IMG/VR virus record: IMGVR_UViG_3300027186_000022
Span: 1-26,897 of that record
Length of the DNA: 26,897 bases
DNA from: a virus
Lineage: Duplodnaviria; Caudoviricetes
Direction: 5' to 3' (one strand)
Numbering within the stretch: the stretch's first letter is position 1; every line of letters begins with the position of its first letter. Shown piece by piece: positions 11,901-20,504 of this stretch. The translations under genes were made by a program, and so were the position numbers. Under the pieces are notes generated by a model. That model ran no database searches, was not told the origin of the DNA, and worked only from the letters and a program-made list of their open reading frames with translations.

Positions 11901-14171
11901 AGTGTTCTCTGGAGTAGCAGGAACTTGTGAACCGAAACCAGCCTCACCGACAAGATTCTTAACTTCACCTTGTGTGGTTACAACGATCTTATCTGCACGT
12001 GGCACATAGTATTCAACATCTGCTTGGAACACATCACCATTCTGAGGCAGTTCGTTTACACCAGATGAAACAAAGACATCACTTGCATTATGGGTAGAAC
12101 GGAAATCGATCACGTCTCGCAAACTGATTGAAACACGTTGATTAACTTCAAAATCTGGAATCTTTTCGTACTCTACTTGACCAGTATATGAGTTAACCGC
12201 AAAGAAGTCACCAGTACCATGTGTAAAGTGTTTGAATCTAGAGAATACATTACCTGTAGGTGCTGTAGCACCAGTTTCTAAAATTAAACGACCGTTCCCA
12301 TAAAAACCTGCACGTTGACCATTGTCTACACTGAACAAACGTGAGATGTCATTACCGGCAGAATCGGTCTGTTTGATAGATTCCACACTAAAGATGTCTG
12401 CGACACCCATAGGAATAAACTTAACACCATTACCATCTGAATCAATTGCAGCAGCAACAGTGGTCTCGACCAAAGTTTTCTGTCTGAGTGCGGGTGAAGC
12501 CTTGTTCACTTTCGCATATATGGTAAGTGCTGTATTAGGGAGGTTGGTGACTGTCATCGACTGAGTACCAGCAGCACCAAATGTTGCATTAGTAATTACT
12601 ACACCTGTGTCATTACGAGTAACAATCCAATCAGCAGTGTTTGCCCATGTCTCACCTGTAACTGTCAATGCGGACAATGTTAAAGAGGCACCACTTGCAG
12701 TACCAGTTACAACACGTTGTACCTCGAAGTCGAAGTCAGTAAGTGACTTGGGTCGTGCCTGCGGTAATGGATATACCAAATTAGTTTTTTGTGATTCTTT
12801 AATTACTGCTTTACTATTCTCTAAAATAAGAACCGCACGTTTAGTTGCGGTAGTACCAACAGTCTTAACATTACGCAAAGACTGACCAGAGTTCATCTTG
12901 ATGTCGAATAGATACACTCGGAAGTTTGCGCCATCTTCTTCAATGAAACGGACTCGTGCAGTACCAATCACACTACCTGATGGGTCACTCGCATGAGTCG
13001 ATAGGTTTTGTGCAGCGAAAGTCCCAACATCAAGTAGACCTTTCAGTTCACTACATATGAAGTACTGACCATATGAGATACCAGATACTTCATTCGGAAT
13101 TATTTGAGATGTACGAGGTTTTGCAATTGTAAGTGGAGTAGGTTTCTCGGTCGCACCACGATAACCATTCACATATGCAACACCATCAGATACGGTTGCA
13201 ATAATATTATCACCAGAATCTTCGAAATCTATGGTGAATGGGTTAACAATATAATTACCAGACTCTTCTTCAGTCCTTGTCGCCAAGACATCGTTAATCT
13301 TATTGTAATCGTCAGTACCTTTTACTTGGTCAACGATATTACCTTCGTGAACGTCACAGTAATAAACAAAGTTTTCATCACTTTGAATCAGGTCTTTGGT
13401 TGTTAAGGTAAGTTGGATACGATAACGATCTGCGCCAGGCGAAGATAAATTTGGTGTTACACCTTGGTTATCATACAATGCATCCGTATCTGCGGTAGTT
13501 ACGATGTCTTCGGTTACTTTGAAACCAACAACTTTGGTTGGATATCTTGTGTACTTTGAAAGGATGATTGACTGACCCTTTGAAAATACAAAATGTCCAC
13601 GAGTAAAGAAGTCACCTTCTGCGTTTGAAATCTGACAACCACGACCGACAGGTAGTTCTGTACCAACCGCATTTGCAACCTGTAATGTGACCGATGCGCC
13701 CACATTGGTCATCACATTACCAGCAGCTAATCGGATAGGTTCTTCGCCAGATACACCCGATGCAGTATTAATGTACTGTACATAAAGAGTTGAGGGGTCA
13801 CTACTTGTAGCAGCAACAAACTCAAGTACTCGCACCTGAATACCACTTCCAGCACCAATGTTCGGCCCAGTAAGAACTGTTCCGACCAATGTTTGTGGGT
13901 CAGATGGTAGGGGGTGTGTCAGTGTGTTTAATTTGATGAACTCGTAATCATTATTAATAGTTGGGCCGCCTGGATTTACTGCAGCGCCTTCCTTAAAAAT
14001 GTTTCGACCAAATCTTCCTATTTCCTCTTGGATAATAGTCTGTAACTGAGTAAGTTCTCTTGCCTGTAGAGATCGTCCACTATTAAAGAGGAGTCTGTGG
14101 TAGTTATCACTATCTACAAAATCGTCTTTGTATGATGAAGAGAATACATTGGATGTAAATGTTTTTGACAT
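8940..14171 (-). CDS. Large virion structural protein, VrlC-like / DUF4815 family
   Basis: 1743 aa. N-terminal 'Y.DDF....NYHR.LF..GR.LQARELTQLQT.IQ' and later 'PGADRYRI.L', 'LA.RT.EESGNY.V.PF', 'RFTM.DI..LEKR...LE..TSLSLLE', 'KSGFFVDNF', 'DPLAQSF', 'GSLFKSQNG.TW...Q..DL.F' are all hallmarks of this family. Confidence 0.9.
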   Translation of the reverse strand: MSKTFTSNVFSSSYKDDFVDSDNYHRLLFNSGRSLQARELTQLQTIIQEEIGRFGRNIFKEGAAVNPGGPTINNDYEFIKLNTLTHPLPSDPQTLVGTVLTGPNIGAGSGIQVRVLEFVAATSSDPSTLYVQYINTASGVSGEEPIRLAAGNVMTNVGASVTLQVANAVGTELPVGRGCQISNAEGDFFTRGHFVFSKGQSIILSKYTRYPTKVVGFKVTEDIVTTADTDALYDNQGVTPNLSSPGADRYRIQLTLTTKDLIQSDENFVYYCDVHEGNIVDQVKGTDDYNKINDVLATRTEEESGNYIVNPFTIDFEDSGDNIIATVSDGVAYVNGYRGATEKPTPLTIAKPRTSQIIPNEVSGISYGQYFICSELKGLLDVGTFAAQNLSTHASDPSGSVIGTARVRFIEEDGANFRVYLFDIKMNSGQSLRNVKTVGTTATKRAVLILENSKAVIKESQKTNLVYPLPQARPKSLTDFDFEVQRVVTGTASGASLTLSALTVTGETWANTADWIVTRNDTGVVITNATFGAAGTQSMTVTNLPNTALTIYAKVNKASPALRQKTLVETTVAAAIDSDGNGVKFIPMGVADIFSVESIKQTDSAGNDISRLFSVDNGQRAGFYGNGRLILETGATAPTGNVFSRFKHFTHGTGDFFAVNSYTGQVEYEKIPDFEVNQRVSISLRDVIDFRSTHNASDVFVSSGVNELPQNGDVFQADVEYYVPRADKIVVTTQGEVKNLVGEAGFGSQVPATPENTLALFHLEHNAYGLNDSDVVMTPIKTKRFTMSDISELEKRVDKLEEVTSLSLLELDTSALLVLDSDGNPRTKSGFFVDNFADRSFSDGDNPEYRASIDPSGKMLGVPTEEDDVILAYDSDLSTNTVMKGDSIYLKYSEKEGIVQNLVSSSMNVNPFAVITGEGNLKLSPSRDNWFQTRYAPANVINQTATETLADLNLGDRSTTVEIRANRRARWKWRVGRWHVPVPGFGLIGGTQSPTGRGRNRFGGWRRSTAWNWVGVPNNVRATELNGGAGRPEGFDLTRSFSQRVVVGERTVRKVVGDKTVSLTFLPFIRSRKVFFKAEGLRPNTRYFPFFDGKDVSAFCREETFKRYGQKATDLTYSNRYRRKSSHPQGQTILESDVNGSIEGSFFIPSSPSLRFRAGTREFKLLDISKNDDNAALSRATFNYTAQGTLDTRQKTITSTRITTVQTKRWTETTRVRFTDPLAQSFQVTNPSGIYVTKVQCYFKSKDTSGVPIQLQIRPMVNGAPSATDIHSQSIVFLPPSQVNLPSSQTQSAVVATPTTFEFDEPIFLNPQTEYAIVLLAESTEYEAYVGETYAFELGSTEKRISRQPSMGSLFKSQNGTTWEPDQTKDLAFKIFTATFATSGSAVFENRDVEEELLDENPLYMSADHGADSDQVTVLAGHHGFHVNDKVNVSGLVDATTYNGIKGSSINGERTITAVDGFVLQFNADSACTSSGRFGGDDVLIDKQVIFDTCIPQFSTLMPDDTSLVYNAKFTTGKSLAAPSGSQVKYQKDGTYSSDISIADLNMFTAPRMIANTSNETSELGSGQRSCTFKVDMSTTRTDVSPVIDAQNASLTTEANLIDNQASATANGFNVPINYVAETDAFGGSSLAKHITSVGDLEEPAVGLKLMIAAMRPAGSNLDVYWRVANGDQNIFDVDWTLQPVENAIAPDERNFREYRYLIGGDGGDVAPFTQYQFKIVFNGNNTSKPPLLRDLRAIAMAT

Positions 14172-14181
14172 CAGTTTTACC

Positions 14182-15540
14182 TTAAATTTGGATTACGAGT
14201 TTAATATCTTCGGTCTGATCTGTCGAACGAGTAACAGAAGCACGGTTATCAATATATAGGACTTCTCCAGTAGTGGTATCTACTTCGGGAGTCACATAAG
14301 GCGATATCGATGCATTCAATACACCAGCTCCATTACCACTCACTTCTGTGATCGCTTCACCAGCAGAGAAGTTGCCAAAACCAGTTTCTAATGTTTGATG
14401 ATACCATATGTTTGCAGAGTCAACTTTATCAATAAACGCTTGAACACCTGAAGTTCCACCTACAATTTTGTTATCAGCAGTAAACCCTTGAGTCACACTA
14501 CTGAAATTAACTTTCTTCAAACAGATACCAGTATCAGCAGTGAACAATGCAGAACCAGTTGAGTCACTAGGATTCTTCAATAGACCAACTTGTCGGAAAT
14601 CGTTACCAACAATAAAGTCGGTTGATTCAGTACCAGATGGTTTACTGTTCAACATGATTGCGGTAGAACGTAAGTCATCTCTTGGGTCTGCACCAAATCC
14701 ACCATAACTTCCAATGATTGCACGTACTTTAGCGGGTTTAGTTGGTGAACCACCACCTGTAATGACCACTTCAGCGAAATTATAACCAGAACCTAATGTA
14801 TAAGCACCAGAACTATCAATTAGTTTAACATTGACTACCTGACCACCAGAGATGGTGGCGTCAGCTTTTGCCTTCGTTCCATTACCAACAATTGATACAG
14901 TGGGTGATGATGAGTAACCAGTACCACCTGAGTCAACTGCATACCCGATAATCTGACCCGCAATAGCATTGTTCTGTACTACCTGTTGTTCGATATCAGC
15001 AGCAGGAGAATCCGAGTCAGTGGATAACACCAGTTTTGTTGGTAGATAGTTTGCAGAAACGAACTTGGTCGCATCCAACGCACCAATGGAGTACAAGAAC
15101 TTCCAAATATAACCATCCGCAGTATCAAATGGAGTACCCACCGTATTACCTGTGGGTTGAACTGTAGATACCTGTGCCAGACCCTGTGCGTTTCTACCCT
15201 GTTGGATACACATATAAATTTGGTTGTTGTCGTTCATGACATAGTATGTCTGAGTAGGATAACCAATTTGTGCATCATCATATGCGGAATAGATCGAACC
15301 CGATGACCAGTTATAACGAGGAACCACAAACGAAAGGTCAACTACCTTTTTCGCAGACTGTAATCCAAGACGAAAGTCTCTTTCTTCTCTTGCAGTGTTT
15401 AGTGGAGCCGGTGCAATGTCCGAATCGTTCCAATCTTCAGAGCGACCAATCACCGCATAGTAGTGCGTACCCGAAGAATCTATATCATCCTTCAGATTTT
15501 GAATTACCTGCTTTTTAATTGGGTTTGTAATAATCGCCAT
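14182..15540 (-). CDS. gp8: Baseplate wedge subunit, T4 gp8-like
   Basis: 452 aa with 'Y..IGR...W', 'K.......VVPRYNW..G..Y..YD', 'YYVMN....IY.C', 'P.G......TADGYIWKFLY.I', 'DFRQVGLLKNP' and C-terminal 'GEVLYIDNR..V.R...Q.EDIKLVI'. Confidence 0.9.
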   Translation of the reverse strand: MAIITNPIKKQVIQNLKDDIDSSGTHYYAVIGRSEDWNDSDIAPAPLNTAREERDFRLGLQSAKKVVDLSFVVPRYNWSSGSIYSAYDDAQIGYPTQTYYVMNDNNQIYMCIQQGRNAQGLAQVSTVQPTGNTVGTPFDTADGYIWKFLYSIGALDATKFVSANYLPTKLVLSTDSDSPAADIEQQVVQNNAIAGQIIGYAVDSGGTGYSSSPTVSIVGNGTKAKADATISGGQVVNVKLIDSSGAYTLGSGYNFAEVVITGGGSPTKPAKVRAIIGSYGGFGADPRDDLRSTAIMLNSKPSGTESTDFIVGNDFRQVGLLKNPSDSTGSALFTADTGICLKKVNFSSVTQGFTADNKIVGGTSGVQAFIDKVDSANIWYHQTLETGFGNFSAGEAITEVSGNGAGVLNASISPYVTPEVDTTTGEVLYIDNRASVTRSTDQTEDIKLVIQI

Positions 15541-15548
15541 TTTCTATG

Positions 15549-16568
15549 TTATCCTATTGTTGTACCGTTATTAGATACGAAAAACCATTTACTTGCCGTT
15601 GAGTTCCATACAAGAATGCATCCATCACCCTGACCAAACGAGACATGACCATTGTTACCCACACCATAAATATTTGATGTTGAACCTGTAGTCAATCTTG
15701 CCTCACCCGCAGCGATATTCATGAAAGTCTTCATCTCACCTTGGATTGCGCCATCAGCAATAGTAGGAAGAATCAAACTACCTGAGTTAAATACCGTCAG
15801 TGGTTCGGTTAAGTCTACCGCACTTGTTGTGGAAACATCTGTTCCCTTCTCTAGAACTAATTTGTTCTTAATCTCGACACCACCTGTACCTTTCGCAGAT
15901 AATTCAAGACTGATATTAGTGTCCCCACCCTGTACATCTATAGATGGGCTATTACCTGTTGCAGAGTTTGAAATCTCAACATGGTTGACCGCACTCGAAA
16001 CATTAGCAAACTTGAGATATTCATTACTTGAACTATCTAGTAACGATGCACCACCATCTAAACCACCCAGAGTTGGATTCTTAATTGTTGGGGTAAGTAA
16101 TGTTTTGTTTGATAAAGTTTCAACGTGGTTTGCAAATACAAAGGTATCACCCGCACCCAATACAGGAAGCGCAATGTTACGATTCGCAGTGATGTTACCA
16201 ACTGTTATGTTGTAAGTGTGACTGGCATTGGCATCCTGAATCTTCGGGGTTGTCATTGTGGGAACAAGAAGAGTCTTATTAGACAGTGTTTGAGAAGAAC
16301 TGTCCAGAACCAGTGTTCCGCTATCATTGGGAAGATATACATTGTTATCAGCGGTAGGTTCCACCGCAAGCAATGTAGTTTCATGTACATCTTCAGCCTG
16401 ACCTTCGAACACCACACCCAACTGGCTGAGTGTCACAGTCGAAGAGTCACCACCAACAGACGTGTAGAGTTCTGTAAAGTTCTCGTTTATTTTTTGGGCA
16501 GCAACACGAAGGGTATCACCTGTACCATCGTTTGCTGTTGTTCCCCTGTTTAATGTCTGTTGTGCCAT
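15549..16568 (-). CDS. Baseplate / tail-fibre connector, T4 gp9/gp10 N-terminal-like, with fibre-type repeats
   Basis: 339 aa starting 'MAQQTLNRGTTANDGTGDTLRVAAQKINENFTELY' (gp9/gp10 N-terminal motif). Contains two 'LP...GT.V......TLSNKTL..PT' units. Confidence 0.75.
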   Translation of the reverse strand: MAQQTLNRGTTANDGTGDTLRVAAQKINENFTELYTSVGGDSSTVTLSQLGVVFEGQAEDVHETTLLAVEPTADNNVYLPNDSGTLVLDSSSQTLSNKTLLVPTMTTPKIQDANASHTYNITVGNITANRNIALPVLGAGDTFVFANHVETLSNKTLLTPTIKNPTLGGLDGGASLLDSSSNEYLKFANVSSAVNHVEISNSATGNSPSIDVQGGDTNISLELSAKGTGGVEIKNKLVLEKGTDVSTTSAVDLTEPLTVFNSGSLILPTIADGAIQGEMKTFMNIAAGEARLTTGSTSNIYGVGNNGHVSFGQGDGCILVWNSTASKWFFVSNNGTTIG

Positions 16569-16592
16569 TTTATAGTCCGTTTGTTATTTAAC

Positions 16593-16600
16593 TATTTATA
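16593..16600 (-). promoter_or_regulatory. T4-type late promoter (TATAAATA)
   Basis: The + strand reads TATTTATA in the intergenic gap, 24 nt upstream of the ATG at 16568. Confidence 0.85.
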
Positions 16601-16611
16601 AGGTTTATATG

Positions 16612-17613
16612 TTATAATGTAAAACTTTTTAGGTATTGATCTGAGTCTGCACTCCACCATTCGTGTTTCTGTTGGTCGAGTGTTTCGAATGCAAAGTTGT
16701 TACTCAAGTCCATACCATTGGTTCCAACTTCATCCGAATCATCGAATGTTGGTGAACCCGCAATCTGTGCCTCACGCAAAGATGAGTACTGATTATTGAT
16801 TGTCTGTATCTGTTGTAGAGAGAAGTCTTCAAGTGAGTTGAACTCCGCATTGATACGACTATAAACACCCGCTGAATCAGTATATAGGTCATCCACAATA
16901 GCGGTCAAATCTGTAACTCCTTGATCTAAAAACCCTGCGGCAGAATGAACCGCAATGGGTGCTGGATTTTCTAATATAACTTGTGGTGCGGTCACGGTAT
17001 CTGTCACGACCGACATAATCTGAACTTCCGAACCAATGAACATCCCAGCTGGATGTGTAAATAATTTGTATGGTTCTAACCATTCTGACTGTGATATATC
17101 AGTCTTGATTAGAATCGCAAATGTCTGAAATAATTTATCATTAGTCAGATATTTTTGTGAGTTGAATCCAATCTCAGAACCAGTTTCACCAACCTTGAAT
17201 ACTTGGTTTTTAGTATACTCTATTGAGGGGTCAACATCAAAAAACGTTCGGAAGAACTGTTCAATAGAGAATTTAGTTCCCTTTGAACGATACAACTGAT
17301 TCGAATATTTTGCTGCAGCACGTTTGTCTTTGAATCCCTCAAAGTAAGATTGACCCAACAGTAATTCATCTTCAATAAATGATAGAAGATTTATATCTGT
17401 CTGTGTAATGTCTCTACTGTAGAATAATTCGTGTACGAGTTTTGACGGAGATAAGTCATCCTGTTCGAACCCATAATACTCTTTTAACAGCGAGATGAGT
17501 TTGGGGTATTCAGTACTAAAGAACTCTGGAAGGATGTCCTCAACTTTATGATCAATAAAAGTGAGTTCCCTTCGGTCGAGGTCGGTTAAAGTAACATCAT
17601 TTCTGTTACTCAT
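16612..17613 (-). CDS. Short baseplate wedge subunit, gp7-like
   Basis: 333 aa lying after gp6. 'V...LPEF...EYP.LI.LLKEYY', 'LYRSKGT..SI..FFR.FF' and 'Q.F...IK.......W....K...HPAGM..G' are conserved N- and C-terminal motifs of gp7-like wedge proteins in marine myoviruses. Confidence 0.7.
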   Translation of the reverse strand: MSNRNDVTLTDLDRRELTFIDHKVEDILPEFFSTEYPKLISLLKEYYGFEQDDLSPSKLVHELFYSRDITQTDINLLSFIEDELLLGQSYFEGFKDKRAAAKYSNQLYRSKGTKFSIEQFFRTFFDVDPSIEYTKNQVFKVGETGSEIGFNSQKYLTNDKLFQTFAILIKTDISQSEWLEPYKLFTHPAGMFIGSEVQIMSVVTDTVTAPQVILENPAPIAVHSAAGFLDQGVTDLTAIVDDLYTDSAGVYSRINAEFNSLEDFSLQQIQTINNQYSSLREAQIAGSPTFDDSDEVGTNGMDLSNNFAFETLDQQKHEWWSADSDQYLKSFTL

Positions 17614-19439
17614 TAGTTAGTAACTCCAGATTCAACGTCAACGATACGTGAGAATGATTGTGATGTGTCGAACTCAACAATATCCTGTCTAAATGGTGTA
17701 ACTGCACTTTCATTGGCTGGTTTTGCACTTAACTTAATAGTAGTTTCCGAACCAATAAAGTTGTCTATCTGAAGACCAACAATACTTACTGTATCACCAG
17801 TATAAGAACCCACATTGTCAACAAGAACTTCACTATCCTCAGTATTAAACACTTCTAATTTATTACTATTTAGTTTGTTTCTTAGGACACAAGTTTTATT
17901 CTTTAGTGTGAACTGATTTGATGTTATGATGTGATTAACATCATCGGGTGATGCTAAAGGGACAACATATCGTAATGTATGATCTCCCACACTAGTCAAA
18001 ATTGGTGAGAATCGTCTCTGGACAAATGTTTCTGAACGAGAAGAAAGGATAGCAGGACTTACGTCATCAATCAATGATAACAGATTAGAACGTCTATATG
18101 ATTGTCCGAACTTACCTGTATTGTCATCAAAATAAGTTTTAATTGTATTGTTTACTGTATCTTGAATAGTATTCCTTGACAAAGTGGTCAAGTTTGGGTT
18201 AAACTGGAAGAATGTTCTAGTCTCAATAAATGTCTTAACAGGGTCGGTGAACTTAACATTAAATGATGCAACCGATAATTGTTTTGCTAAATCGATAATA
18301 GAATCCTTAGTTACCTGTTCGGTCACTGCATCAACATCTGCATTAAATAGGATGGATAGGAACACTGTACCAAATTCTGGTTCAAGCGCATCTTCACCCC
18401 CAAAGGACTGCATATCCTTGATTAGTGTTGAGAAATTTCTCAATACCAAAGTAGAGTAATCTACAGCGGTTACCATTCGATTCTGAGTTGCATACTGGAA
18501 TGGTGCAGTTTGTCGGATAGATTCATTCGTTTCTTTTGCCGAACCACCAACTGCGTTAGAGACTGTCGATACACTCATGTCATATGAAGTACCAGAAACA
18601 CTAACACCAGACTGCGCTTCAAACACTTTCGCAGTGTTAGAGTCTTCGCCACTTACTGCAAGGTAAGTTAGTGTAACCTTTGAACCTGTCTTGGGTGCAT
18701 CACCCAAAGTAGAACCATTACCAAATGACAACTCATAGAAACCATTAGGTGATTCTTTTAAGATGTACAGTGTGGAGTTTGCATTAATTGTGTTCGCCTT
18801 CAATATACTTGTATATGGTGTGAAGACTGAACCTGATGCTGTTTGAAACACACGAACAATCGCAGTATCTATATCCATAGTCGCATCAGGAACAATATAA
18901 ACTGCATTGTCTTCTGCACGATGCACTAAGAAAGTTTTGACTCTCTCAGTACCTTCGAAAATCTTAATACTATTGCTACCACTCGCATCTCTAAATTCAT
19001 ACAGACCCGAACCATTATCCTCCGCAGATATGTCCTCTAATGTCTGGAACACAAATTCCTTATCATCCACAGTTGTATTAAACTTATATCCCGAAGGTAT
19101 CTGTATGGTTGAGGTACGGTCAGTAACACCAGAAAGATTCAAAGATAACTTGACAATCGCCTGAGATGATGTCATACTATCTGGGATGTAACCGATACCC
19201 TCTGAAAGAGAAATCAGTGAACTACGAAGTTGTGCGGTTCCAAGGAAAGATTCGTTCAATGCGAAATTAGCGATCAATCCGTTATAGTGCGTATTATAGG
19301 CAAGAACATCTAGAATGTTTGACAAACCAGACGCTTCGAAGTTGTAATCCGAAAATTCTTCTTTCTGTGCAAGGAACGTTTTTAAGTTGTTCTTAATTGC
19401 ATCAAAGTCTAATGAGGTTGATTTTATTGTTGTTGCCAT
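17613..19439 (-). CDS. gp6: Baseplate wedge subunit, T4 gp6-like
   Basis: 608 aa with 'LDFDAIKNNLK.FL....EF.DYNFEASGLS.ILDVLAYNTHYN...ANF..NESFL.TAQLRSS' and 'GG...E..ESIR..AP..YATQNR.VT..DY'. Confidence 0.95.
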   Translation of the reverse strand: MATTIKSTSLDFDAIKNNLKTFLAQKEEFSDYNFEASGLSNILDVLAYNTHYNGLIANFALNESFLGTAQLRSSLISLSEGIGYIPDSMTSSQAIVKLSLNLSGVTDRTSTIQIPSGYKFNTTVDDKEFVFQTLEDISAEDNGSGLYEFRDASGSNSIKIFEGTERVKTFLVHRAEDNAVYIVPDATMDIDTAIVRVFQTASGSVFTPYTSILKANTINANSTLYILKESPNGFYELSFGNGSTLGDAPKTGSKVTLTYLAVSGEDSNTAKVFEAQSGVSVSGTSYDMSVSTVSNAVGGSAKETNESIRQTAPFQYATQNRMVTAVDYSTLVLRNFSTLIKDMQSFGGEDALEPEFGTVFLSILFNADVDAVTEQVTKDSIIDLAKQLSVASFNVKFTDPVKTFIETRTFFQFNPNLTTLSRNTIQDTVNNTIKTYFDDNTGKFGQSYRRSNLLSLIDDVSPAILSSRSETFVQRRFSPILTSVGDHTLRYVVPLASPDDVNHIITSNQFTLKNKTCVLRNKLNSNKLEVFNTEDSEVLVDNVGSYTGDTVSIVGLQIDNFIGSETTIKLSAKPANESAVTPFRQDIVEFDTSQSFSRIVDVESGVTN

Positions 19440-19440
19440 T

Positions 19441-19890
19441 TTATCTTAACCTTGCAAGTGTGGTAGTGAACGTGGTCTCTTCTTCTGTGTTAACTACTTT
19501 GAATTTTAATGTTACTTCTAATGTGTTTCTATCGGGTTGAAGATTAACATCAACAGATAAGACTTCTGCTCTTGGTTCATAGATTTCTATATTATCTATG
19601 ATATTTCTTTTTAGTGAGGCAGACCCGCCTCCATCCGCCAACTCAAACAATTGTCCTCTCAAGTTTCCACCAAAGTCTGGACGAAATGGTTTCTCCAACA
19701 AATTTGTAAGGATTAAAGTCTTGACAGCCTGTTTAACCGCACCCCCATTTGACTTCTTGTAGACTTCACCACTAGTAGGTTTAATCGCAAGTGTCAAATC
19801 AATATCTTTGTACTGTCGTTCACGACTACTCGATATTGACGAGGTTTGGAGGTTGTTGTCTTCTTGTGCAAATGCTCTTCGTATCGCCAT
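19441..19890 (-). CDS. gp25: Baseplate wedge subunit, T4 gp25-like
   Basis: 149 aa with 'YKDIDL', 'AVKQAVK.LILTN..EKPF.P.FG..L...LFE' and 'I..YEPR'; directly upstream of gp6. Confidence 0.92.
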   Translation of the reverse strand: MAIRRAFAQEDNNLQTSSISSSRERQYKDIDLTLAIKPTSGEVYKKSNGGAVKQAVKTLILTNLLEKPFRPDFGGNLRGQLFELADGGGSASLKRNIIDNIEIYEPRAEVLSVDVNLQPDRNTLEVTLKFKVVNTEEETTFTTTLARLR

Positions 19891-19895
19891 ACTTC

Positions 19896-19903
19896 TATTT
19901 ATA
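19896..19903 (-). promoter_or_regulatory. T4-type late promoter (TATAAATA)
   Basis: The + strand reads TATTTATA in the 20-nt gap; only 5 nt separate it from the gp25 ATG. Confidence 0.8.
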
Positions 19904-19910
19904 ACCTTTT

Positions 19911-20504
19911 TTACTCGGTTTCTTTAATTTCTACTAATTCATCTTCACTCATTAACTCATTATTATAATAAGTTTCTACATCCCCAGCGAACTCAATATC
20001 AAATGATTCGGGGGTGTTCGGAAACTCTAATCCTATTGATGCACAAAGACTTTCGTCTGGATTATAGTTATCATAGTCAAGATACAACTTACCAAACTTG
20101 ACATAATCCTTCCAATACTCTGCAACATCGAATGTTCTTTCTAGGTCAATATTACCTTCTTGATCTACTACTTGATAATACACCAATCTACCATCAGACT
20201 TCTTCTGCATAGTTTCATCATTCACGTCTGGTTCTCTCATCTGATAGATTCCTTCAGAGACAATCAAACGAACATCATTAAAGTTCTTGGTATTACCATT
20301 GATGATTCTCATCGCTTCAGCTTGTAGGTATAAGTGTCTTGCGATTTTCTGTCTCTCGGTATTGGTTACGACATGGTTGAACGGAGTTCGGTCACCATAC
20401 GCACCAAGGAACTTTGCAATCGTGATGCCAGGCCCTAACTTGGTTGCAGATGTTATCGCACCCTGTTTCGCTGGATTGTATACTGGGTCAACTAATATAA
20501 TCAT
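19911..20504 (-). CDS. Hypothetical baseplate-associated protein, possibly a degenerate peptidase M15-like fold
   Basis: 197 aa with an ATGA overlap with the upstream gene. 'TKLGPGITIAKFL', 'LIVSEGIY' and 'QKKSDGRLVYYQV' loosely echo the M15A motifs 'LS.NF.L.EF', 'I.SGYR' and 'S.H..G.A.D'. Confidence 0.55.
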   Translation of the reverse strand: MIILVDPVYNPAKQGAITSATKLGPGITIAKFLGAYGDRTPFNHVVTNTERQKIARHLYLQAEAMRIINGNTKNFNDVRLIVSEGIYQMREPDVNDETMQKKSDGRLVYYQVVDQEGNIDLERTFDVAEYWKDYVKFGKLYLDYDNYNPDESLCASIGLEFPNTPESFDIEFAGDVETYYNNELMSEDELVEIKETE

